64,000 nt of DNA from Gemmatimonadales bacterium (GTDB lineage Bacteria > Gemmatimonadota > Gemmatimonadetes > Gemmatimonadales > GWC2-71-9). This document shows, piece after piece, positions 36,555-47,532 of the stretch. Where the stretch lies: assembly GCA_041615815.1 (NCBI GenBank), contig JBFJCP010000015.1, positions 1 through 64,000 on the forward strand, in the 5' to 3' direction. A model generated the notes under the pieces. The model was given only the letters and a program-made list of their open reading frames with translations. It was not told the origin of the DNA and ran no database searches. The first letter of the stretch is position 1. Each line of letters opens with the position of its first letter. A program made the position numbers and the translations under genes.

Positions 36555-37769
36555 CTACCGCCTCCGGGCCCTCCCCCGTCTGTGCCCCAGGGAAGGGCCG
36601 GTCGGCCGGGGCCGGGAAGCGCGTTCGTCGGGCTGGAGCGGCGTGACGGCGGGCTCGAAACCCGGCAGAATTTGCCGCTCAAACGTGCGACCCATCAGCT
36701 TCTCGACATCGCGCATCATGAGCCACTCATCGGGAGACATGAGCGTGAGAGCCAGCCCCTCCGCGCCCGCCCGAGCCGTACGCCCCACCCGATGCACGTA
36801 CACTTCCGGATCATTGGGGACGTCGAAGTTGACCACGAGAGCAATATCGTCGACGTCGATGCCGCGGGCCGCCACATCGGTGGCTACCAGGATCCGGGTT
36901 TTCCCCTCCCGGAATCGGTCGAGCGCCCGGTTGCGCAATATCTGGGTCTTGCCGCCGTGGAGCGCCATCACGTCGTTGCCCTCGCGGCGCAGGTGGTGGG
37001 CCAACTTCTCCGCCCCGAACTTGGTCCGGGTGAAGACCAGGGTCTTCGCGGCTGGGAGCTCAAGGAGCATTTTGGCGAGGACACGCCGCTTGGCCGCCTT
37101 GTCCACGGCCACCAGGATGTGCTCCACGCCGTCGGCCGCTTCGGCCCGCTTCCCGATCTCCACGGCCGCATGGCCGTTTAGCGCCCGCTGGGCCAGTCGG
37201 TCCACATCCCCCGAGATGGTGGCCGAGAAGAGCATCGTCTGGCGCTCAGCCGGCAACGAGTCGAGGATCCGATTGACGTCTCTCGCGAACCCCATGTCCA
37301 GCATCCGGTCCGCTTCATCGAGCACGAGCACTTCGAGGCGCGAGCTGTCTACGTGGCCACGACCCATGTGATCGAGCAGCCGACCCGGTGTCGCCACTAC
37401 GATATCGACGCCTCCCTTCAGCGCCCGCGTCTGCGGATGCATCGCCACCCCGCCGTACACGGCGACTGCCTGCATACGGCTGTGTCGGCCGTAGGCGCGG
37501 GCACTGTTCACCACCTGCTCGGCGAGCTCGCGCGTGGGCACGAGCACCAATGCCCTCAGTGTTCGTCGCTGCCCACCCTGCAACCGCTGCAGGATGGGAA
37601 GCAGGAAGGCAGCGGTCTTCCCAGTACCCGTTTGCGCCGAGCCCACCAGGTCGCGACCCTCCAATCCCAACGGAATGGCCTCCCGCTGAATGGGCGTGGG
37701 CTCGGTGTAACCCTCGTCTTCGACTGCCTGTAACAATTCGGGCGCAAGGCCCAGAGACGCAAAAGTCAT
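36555..37769 (-). CDS. DEAD-box RNA helicase (RhlE-like)
   Basis: Q motif, AQTGTGKT, PTRELA, TPGR, DEAD, SAT, ARGID and HRVGRTAR. Confidence 0.95.
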   Translation of the reverse strand: MTFASLGLAPELLQAVEDEGYTEPTPIQREAIPLGLEGRDLVGSAQTGTGKTAAFLLPILQRLQGGQRRTLRALVLVPTRELAEQVVNSARAYGRHSRMQAVAVYGGVAMHPQTRALKGGVDIVVATPGRLLDHMGRGHVDSSRLEVLVLDEADRMLDMGFARDVNRILDSLPAERQTMLFSATISGDVDRLAQRALNGHAAVEIGKRAEAADGVEHILVAVDKAAKRRVLAKMLLELPAAKTLVFTRTKFGAEKLAHHLRREGNDVMALHGGKTQILRNRALDRFREGKTRILVATDVAARGIDVDDIALVVNFDVPNDPEVYVHRVGRTARAGAEGLALTLMSPDEWLMMRDVEKLMGRTFERQILPGFEPAVTPLQPDERASRPRPTGPSLGHRRGRARRR

Positions 37770-38004
37770 TTGTTCCGTACCAATCCTCGTACCGGTGTAC
37801 GCACGCATGCCGACGACGCTCCAGTCATCGGAGACACGTGCCGTTGTGAATGTGAACCTGAGGAGGTCAGCGACGAGACTCGACGCGCGTCGGTACCCCT
37901 GAGCCGGGGACCATTCTACAGGAGAGAAGATGCCAGCTCGCGGTTCTTCCTACAGCATGCAAGCTAACGGGTTATGGCCCAGCGTGGTACCCGGGGCTCG
38001 AAAC

Positions 38005-39171
38005 TCAGAACTCGATGGAAACTAGCCGGAATCCAAGACCGGGGCGGCGGCCCACGCTGCCGTCACGGTTCAGCCTGGGGATGGTCACGGGTACTGGCAG
38101 TGGCACCCCGAAGCGATCACCGCTCCCCCGCTCGAAGAGGGCGGCGGCCCCCAACCCCCCTGGGGCTGGCTCGTCCGATCGGCCCTTCCCAAGGGTAGCC
38201 GCCGCACCGATCACCAACCCGACGATGGAGCCGACGGCAGGAATCGCGACAGCGACTTTCTCGTCATCCGGTTCTGCGATGAGGTCAATCCCCAACCCGG
38301 CCAGACCCCCGGCGACACCGGCAATGGAGACAAGACGCACCTGGCTCACGCTCGGCCGCCACCTCCGGGCGGCCGGAATCCCCGTAAGCAACAAGCCGTT
38401 CCCCCCCAACAACCCATAAGTCAGGAGGGCGTCGTGCTCCGCACCGGCCAATACGCCCGCCACGAAGCCAAACCACGTACCCCATAAGGCGGCGTCATTC
38501 ACGAGCGCGGCATCCCCGGCCGGAATGTTTCGTCCGGCGAGGAAGCCCCCGACGGCCATCCCGCTCAACCCTCCCACGAGCGCAGCCACCCATGGAGCCT
38601 CGTCCGTGGTATCCTCGAAACAGAACTCCCCACCATTCGTGAAGCAGATTTCGTTTTCCCCGAGATCCAGCACCTCCCGCCACCCGAGCGCCTGCCAGGA
38701 GCCCCACGTGAAGCTGAAGCCATAGGCGCGAGCTTGACCCGAGCTGATCCCGTGCCGGCGGGTGAGGGCGAGCGAGCTCAACAATCCCGCAGTGGGGCCG
38801 ACGAGCAATCCCGCCCCGTAGGGCGGTGACTCGTCCGCTCCGAGGGCCGCGGGTACCACGACCCCGAGCCACGCGCCGATCAGTGTATTCGTCACGACGA
38901 ATTCCGTGCGACCCCCACCCGCCACGCGCGCACGATCGATCGTGTCCAGCAGGGCGGCTGCATCAGCGGCCACCGGCGTGGTGCGGTACCAGCGAAGCAC
39001 GTAGCGCAGCAACTCGACGGCGAGGTCGCGCTCCCCTTCGGCAGCAAGTCGATGGGCCGTCTCGACGAGCACTGCGGCGGAGTCGTTAGGCGTCATTTGG
39101 GCACGGACGGGCGGCGAGGAGACGCCCATGCCGAGGGCAGCGAGAATGAGTCCGAGAACGGCGGCGCGCAT
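38005..39171 (-). CDS. Gly-rich multi-helix membrane/envelope protein
   Basis: Signal peptide (VRA-Q); TPR-like N-terminal helices; repeated Gly-zipper hydrophobic segments. Confidence 0.7.
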   Translation of the reverse strand: MRAAVLGLILAALGMGVSSPPVRAQMTPNDSAAVLVETAHRLAAEGERDLAVELLRYVLRWYRTTPVAADAAALLDTIDRARVAGGGRTEFVVTNTLIGAWLGVVVPAALGADESPPYGAGLLVGPTAGLLSSLALTRRHGISSGQARAYGFSFTWGSWQALGWREVLDLGENEICFTNGGEFCFEDTTDEAPWVAALVGGLSGMAVGGFLAGRNIPAGDAALVNDAALWGTWFGFVAGVLAGAEHDALLTYGLLGGNGLLLTGIPAARRWRPSVSQVRLVSIAGVAGGLAGLGIDLIAEPDDEKVAVAIPAVGSIVGLVIGAAATLGKGRSDEPAPGGLGAAALFERGSGDRFGVPLPVPVTIPRLNRDGSVGRRPGLGFRLVSIEF

Positions 39172-39595
39172 GGCTCGGTCCACACTGGAGTCTGTGATGG
39201 TACCCCGCGGGCAGAGGTGAGTTCGAGCGCGCATCCCGAACCTCGCTTGGCGTCGATTCCAGGCCCCATCCATCCACCAATCGCTCGAGCCTTCTAGCCT
39301 GACTCGACCCCGCTCGCTATCCTCTTTATATCGATCCGGATATGCAATCCGTGATCCGACCAGTTCCTCGCCCCCGAGGGAGCATGACGGTCGGAGCCGG
39401 ATCGAGCCGGAGGCTGGCCGTGATGGGGCGGCCGGTCGGCTATATTGCCAAGAGCCGCGACCAGCGCTTGCGCGCAGCGAAGGCCACGGGGGGATGTGGC
39501 CGCTCTCGCGAGGTTGCACTCGTAACTTCACATCCTTCACCACTCAATCGTAACGCGCAGCGGCGTGTTCTGGACGCTGTGTTTGTTCGTGGAGC

Positions 39596-40735
39596 ATGAA
39601 TTCCTTAGGCGTCTTACAATTGACCGACCGCGGCTCCGGGTTCATTCGACGGCGCGAGGCGAATTATCTTCCGTCGTCCCGCGACATCTTCGTGCCACCG
39701 GGCGTCGTGCGGCGTTTCGAGCTCCGCACCGGTGACGAGATTGCTGGCGACGTCGGCAAGTCTCCGGGCCGTGGGAAGAAACCACCACTGAAGAAGGTCA
39801 CCGAGATCAACGGGCGACCGCCGGCTGACGTGAAGGGACGGCTCGAGTTCACGCGGCGGAGCGCCATCCATCCCGATGAGCAGCTCGTGCTCGAGTGCGG
39901 GCTCGAGCGCTACGGCCAGCCCGACTATACCAATCGCGTCATCGATCTCTTATGCCCCTTTGGACTTGGTCAGCGCGCGCTCATCGTGGCGCCAGCCAAG
40001 GCGGGAAAGACCATGGTGCTGCAAGCCGTGGCCCAGGGCATCGTGCAAAATCGCCCCGATTCGCAGCTCCTCATTCTCCTGGTGGATGAACGTCCGGAGG
40101 AGGTAACGGAGATGGAATCGTGTGGCTTTGGGGAGGTCGTGGCATCGAGCTTCGACTTTCCGCCGGATCGGCACATCGCGTTGGCGCAGCTGACCCTCGA
40201 GCGCGCCCGGCGGCGCGTCGAGTTGGGGGAAGATGTCGTGATCATCTTGGATTCGATCACCCGACTCGCGCGTACCTTCAACGCCGTCGAGCGTGGCAGT
40301 GGAAAGACACTCTCCGGGGGGCTCGACGCCACGTCCCTGGAGGAGCCCAAACGGTTCCTCGGCAGCGCGCGCAACATCAACCGCGCCCAGGGGGGTGGCT
40401 CGCTCACCATCATCGGGACAGCCCTGATCGATACGGGATCCAAGATGGATCAGGTGATCTACGAGGAATTCAAGGGAACCGGCAATAGCGAGCTAGTGTT
40501 GAGCCGTGAGCTCGCCGAACGCAGGATCTTCCCGGCCTTTGATCTCACCGCTTCGGCAACACGACGAGAAGAGCTCTTGCTTTCCGAGGAGGTGCTCCGA
40601 GCCTCGCAGTTGCTGCGCAAGCGGCTGGCCAACGTCCCACCGGTGGACGCGATGAACGAGCTCTTGTCGCTGATGAAAGGGACGAAGACGAATGCCGAGT
40701 TCGTGCAGAAGATCGTAAGCGCAGACCAGCGCTGA
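39596..40735 (+). CDS. rho: Transcription termination factor Rho (short form)
   Basis: OB-fold GSGFIR...DIFV...LRTGD; APAKAGKT; LLVDERPEEVT; DSITRLAR; EEFKGTGNSE. Confidence 0.93.
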   Translation: MNSLGVLQLTDRGSGFIRRREANYLPSSRDIFVPPGVVRRFELRTGDEIAGDVGKSPGRGKKPPLKKVTEINGRPPADVKGRLEFTRRSAIHPDEQLVLECGLERYGQPDYTNRVIDLLCPFGLGQRALIVAPAKAGKTMVLQAVAQGIVQNRPDSQLLILLVDERPEEVTEMESCGFGEVVASSFDFPPDRHIALAQLTLERARRRVELGEDVVIILDSITRLARTFNAVERGSGKTLSGGLDATSLEEPKRFLGSARNINRAQGGGSLTIIGTALIDTGSKMDQVIYEEFKGTGNSELVLSRELAERRIFPAFDLTASATRREELLLSEEVLRASQLLRKRLANVPPVDAMNELLSLMKGTKTNAEFVQKIVSADQR

Positions 40736-40893
40736 GTGAGTGCGCTCGGAACCGTAAGACCTCCTGACATCCCCTCTTGACGTGTCCCGAGTGCCCGGTG
40801 CCTTTTTTGTTTGGTATGTGTCGCAGTCGGCCCTGGCTGTTGGCCGACGGCACGGCCCCTCCACCGAGAGCCAGCCGGCTCTAAGGGGGTTTC

Positions 40894-43500
<2,607 letters not shown>

Positions 43501-43719
43501 ATCGGGCATCCGCCAGATCGAAGATCGGAAGAGGCTCGGCAGGCAGCGCCTGCCGGGCCTCGCTATATCGACGGCGAAAATAGTCGGCCACGGCATGAAG
43601 CGAGCCGTGGGGCCGCTCACCTGCCGACACCCACCGCCGCGTGTCTCGCGCCCGCCGACCCCGCCGACTACCTTATCGCGACCCCGACCTGTAGTCACTT
43701 GCCGGAGGACCGCACGTCC

Positions 43720-46700
43720 ATGAATACGTTCCCGGGCTCTGCCCTCACCACGCTCTCGTTCGCACTGACCTGCCTCGTGGCACCCACACTGCTGGCGCAA
43801 CAGGTCACTCCGGAGACCGTTCATGGCCTCCAGTTCCGTAATATCGGTCCAGCCACTATGAGTGGTCGGGTGGTGGATCTCGCCGTCATCGATGCCAACC
43901 CGTCCACCTTCTATATCGCAGCAGCCACTGCCGGCGTGTGGAAGACGGTGAACAATGGCATCACCTTCGAGCCGGTGTTCGCGCACGAAGGCAGCCATTC
44001 CATTGGCGACATTGCCGTGAGTCAGACGGATACCAACATCGTGTGGGTGGGAACCGGAGAGCGAGCCAACCGTCAATCCAGTGGATGGGGAGACGGAGTC
44101 TACAAGTCCACCGATGGCGGGAAGACATGGCAACACATGGGACTTCGCGACAGTCACCACATTGGACGAATCGCGATTCACCCCCGAGACCCCAACGTCG
44201 TGCTCGTCGCCGCCATGGGACACCTCTGGGGCTCCAACGACGAACGCGGACTCTACCGCACCACCGACGGTGGTGCCACGTGGGAACGGGTCATCCGTGT
44301 CGATACGCTCACGGGAGTCGTGGATGTGGCCATCGACCCCGAGGAACCGAACGTCATGTACGCGGCGTCGTACCAGCGGATGCGGAGACCGTACGGCTTC
44401 GATGGCGGCGGCCCTGGAAGCGCGCTCTGGAAATCCACAAACGGCGGCAGCACGTGGCATACGCTCACGGCGGGACTCCCGAGCGGTGAGAAAGGCCGCA
44501 TGGGCATCTCGATCTATCGCAAGGATCCGCGGATCGTGTACGCCTCCGTGGAGCAGGGATATCGCTACAACGCATCCACGCAGTACACCGAGCGGGCGGC
44601 CGGCGTCTATCGCTCGGAGGACAAGGGCGAGACCTGGCAACACATGAGTGATTGGAACCCTCGGCCCATGTATGCCAGCCAACCGCTCGTAGACCCCAAT
44701 GACGACCAGCGGATCTACATGCAGAACTCGTTTTCATATTCGGACGACGGGGGGAAGACGTTTACACGAGCCCGTCAATCGCTCCATGGTGACGATCGGA
44801 TCCTGTGGGTGAACCCCCACGATTCGCGTCACGTGATCAAGGGAGACGACGGCGGCCTCGGTATCTCCTACGACCGCGCCAAGACCTGGTTGTACCAAAC
44901 GGCGCTACCCATCAGCCAGTTCTATCGGGTCTCGGTGGACAATCGACAGCCGTATTGGGTCTATGGCGGACTCCAGGACAACGGTACGTGGATGGGCCCG
45001 TCGGCCACATATTTGAACGCCGGGATTCGCTTCGAGGACTGGTTTCGATTGGGTGGCGGCGACGGCTTTCAAGCAAGACCAGACACCGTGGACAACCGGA
45101 CCGTCTACGTCGAATCACAGTACCTGGGGCTCGCCCGCGTGGATCTCGAGACCCGCGAGCGCAAAGACATTCGGCCGGGTGACCCTCGCGGCGCGATAGC
45201 GGCACGCCGCAATTGGGATGCGTGGGGACCGGGCACCCCGGAGCCTGAGCTTGGCAATGCGATGGCGCCGGCCAACTGGGACGGGCCATACATCATCTCT
45301 CCGCACGACCACCGCACCCTGTACGCGGGGACCAATCAGCTCTGGAAGAGCACCGATCGTGGCGACACCTGGGTCTCGCTCGGTGATCTCACGACCAAAG
45401 TGAATCGACGTGAGCTTCGGATCATGGGCCGGCGTGCCCGGGATTCGACGCCCTCGCTCGACGATGGCATTCCTTATTATCCCACCCTGACGGCCATTGC
45501 AGAGTCACCCCTCGTCCGGGGTGTCCTGTACGTCGGCACCGACGACGGCAACCTCCAGGTGTCACGCGACGACGGAAAAACCTGGCAAAACGTAATCGAT
45601 CGCGTGCCGGGAGCCCCTCGATCCCCCTGGATCAACGGACTCGAGCCCTCACGCCACGCGGCGGGCACGGTGTACCTGACGATCGACAATCATCGAAACG
45701 ACGACTACGGAAACCATGTGTATCGATCCACGGACTACGGCCAATCGTGGATCTCCATCGCCGGCGATTTGCCACCTCGGCGGGCAACGCGAACGCTTAG
45801 GGAAGATCTCCGGAATCCCACCGTGCTCTATTTGGGGACGGAGCTCGGACTTTTTTATACGAACGACGGCGGGCGACACTGGGTGGAGCTCAGGGGTAAC
45901 ATGCCGACGGCCGCGTTCAACGATCTGGTGATCCACCCACGGGAGAACGATCTCGTTCTTGGCACGCACGGACGCGGGATCTGGATCCTGGACAAGATCA
46001 ATGCCCTCCAAGAGCTGACGCCCCAGGTCCTGTCCTCGCCGGCACACCTATTTACGCTCGAGCCCGCCCACCAAATCCGCTACTCTCGCGAAACCGGACA
46101 CACGGGCGACATGATCTTCCGTGGCCCAAACCCACCGTCCGGCGCCATTATCGACTACCACCTGCTTTCGGCCGAGCCCAAGAACCGCGTATCCATCACG
46201 ATTGTCGGGGCCAACGGACGCGAAGTGAACCGCATCGACCCCGACACCACCGCTGGGCTCAACCGGGTCATTTGGAACCTCCGGTATGCCGATATTGTGG
46301 TGCCCGATGAGGATGACGAGGAGGAGTCGGGTTTCGGACCACCCCGCCGCATCCGCGGTCCGTGGGTTCTCCCCGGCACCTATTCAGTGCAGCTGACCGT
46401 GGGAGACATGGTGCAAGAGCAACGGCTGGCTGTCCGACAAGACCCCAGACACGACGTGCGGCAAAGCGATTTGGTGGCCTGGCACGACACGATGACGGTG
46501 CTGGCCGGGCTCATCGGCCCGTTCTCACCGATGGTGGACAGCGTTCGGCAGGTACAGGCGACCATCGATAGCCTCCCGGAGGACCAGAGGCGGCGTCACC
46601 AGCAAGCGAAACAGCTCGCGGATTCGATCGCTCCGATGCTCATCGAGCTTCGAAGCCGTCTCTTCCGCTTGTACGGCGAGATCGATGGCTGGACGGGGCG

Positions 46701-46797
46701 CCCCACCGCCGATCAGTACGCGCAGCTCGCGTACTATCGGGGCTGGATCGATCGCCTCACACCGCAGGCGCGGCGACTCCTGCGAATGCCGCTCTAA
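43720..46797 (+). CDS. VPS10/sortilin-like BNR-repeat (glycosyl hydrolase-like) protein
   Basis: FRNIGP...SGRVVD; many SxDGGxTW repeats; GGLQDNG; GTHGRG. Confidence 0.9.
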   Translation: MNTFPGSALTTLSFALTCLVAPTLLAQQVTPETVHGLQFRNIGPATMSGRVVDLAVIDANPSTFYIAAATAGVWKTVNNGITFEPVFAHEGSHSIGDIAVSQTDTNIVWVGTGERANRQSSGWGDGVYKSTDGGKTWQHMGLRDSHHIGRIAIHPRDPNVVLVAAMGHLWGSNDERGLYRTTDGGATWERVIRVDTLTGVVDVAIDPEEPNVMYAASYQRMRRPYGFDGGGPGSALWKSTNGGSTWHTLTAGLPSGEKGRMGISIYRKDPRIVYASVEQGYRYNASTQYTERAAGVYRSEDKGETWQHMSDWNPRPMYASQPLVDPNDDQRIYMQNSFSYSDDGGKTFTRARQSLHGDDRILWVNPHDSRHVIKGDDGGLGISYDRAKTWLYQTALPISQFYRVSVDNRQPYWVYGGLQDNGTWMGPSATYLNAGIRFEDWFRLGGGDGFQARPDTVDNRTVYVESQYLGLARVDLETRERKDIRPGDPRGAIAARRNWDAWGPGTPEPELGNAMAPANWDGPYIISPHDHRTLYAGTNQLWKSTDRGDTWVSLGDLTTKVNRRELRIMGRRARDSTPSLDDGIPYYPTLTAIAESPLVRGVLYVGTDDGNLQVSRDDGKTWQNVIDRVPGAPRSPWINGLEPSRHAAGTVYLTIDNHRNDDYGNHVYRSTDYGQSWISIAGDLPPRRATRTLREDLRNPTVLYLGTELGLFYTNDGGRHWVELRGNMPTAAFNDLVIHPRENDLVLGTHGRGIWILDKINALQELTPQVLSSPAHLFTLEPAHQIRYSRETGHTGDMIFRGPNPPSGAIIDYHLLSAEPKNRVSITIVGANGREVNRIDPDTTAGLNRVIWNLRYADIVVPDEDDEEESGFGPPRRIRGPWVLPGTYSVQLTVGDMVQEQRLAVRQDPRHDVRQSDLVAWHDTMTVLAGLIGPFSPMVDSVRQVQATIDSLPEDQRRRHQQAKQLADSIAPMLIELRSRLFRLYGEIDGWTGRPTADQYAQLAYYRGWIDRLTPQARRLLRMPL

Positions 46798-47363
46798 GCA
46801 CTCACCCCGGGAGCGAGCCCGAGGCTAGTCAGAATCTCCTCCGCACGTGCCCGGAGTCCCGCGGCAGCGTGCACGGCGTCCAACAGCTTCCCATCGGCGG
46901 CGGCTTTGGACGCCTCCCGCAAGCCTTCCGCGATTTCCTGGGCGGCCGTCTTCGCACTGGCGAGTTGCTCCCCGGTGATGGTCCCGCTCCCGGGACCTCG
47001 CGCCACCCGCTCTTCGATGGCCTTCACCATGGTGGATACGCTGTCGCGAACCGCGGCCCAACTCGTTTCCAGCTCTTTTCGGTTGGCGGTCGCCGCCCTA
47101 CCCACCTGGGCAGCCAGCTCCACGGCACGTTCCGCACTCCGGACCGCTCCACGATAGTTCTCTTGTGCAAGATGCTCGCGCGCCGCGCTGTACTCGTCCA
47201 TCACCACCTTGAACTCATCTGGGGCGTAGCGAATCGCATACGCGTGCACATCGGTGATCGCCCGCTCGGCCTGAGCGATCGCTGCACGGGCCGCGTCGGA
47301 CGAAGATCCCCCACACGCGATGAGTAGTCCGGCCGCCACCGCGGCCATCCAGCCTGTCTTCAT
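46794..47363 (-). CDS. Ala-rich helical lipoprotein
   Basis: LIAC lipobox; coiled-coil-like A/E/K-rich sequence. Confidence 0.7.
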   Translation of the reverse strand: MKTGWMAAVAAGLLIACGGSSSDAARAAIAQAERAITDVHAYAIRYAPDEFKVVMDEYSAAREHLAQENYRGAVRSAERAVELAAQVGRAATANRKELETSWAAVRDSVSTMVKAIEERVARGPGSGTITGEQLASAKTAAQEIAEGLREASKAAADGKLLDAVHAAAGLRARAEEILTSLGLAPGVSA

Positions 47364-47475
47364 GATTGTCACCTTGTCCAATGGCGACCGCATGGTACTA
47401 CGGCACTCACACGGAGCGCTAGGGCAGTTCCAGTTCCAGGGGGTCGCAACCACCAGCACTGCATCGAGGGTTGCC

Positions 47476-47504
47476 GAAACTCGGACGTTCCCCCCACCGT
47501 AGAC
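47476..47504 (+). promoter_or_regulatory. ECF-sigma-type promoter
   Basis: GAAACT-N16-CGTAGAC about 30 nt before the permease start; the same motif precedes the second permease. Confidence 0.6.
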
Positions 47505-47532
47505 ATTGATAGACCTTGCCCGCGAGGAAGCG

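Noticed and set aside
40780..40812. Intrinsic terminator after rho
   Set aside because: A T-tract is present but I could not find a convincing stem.
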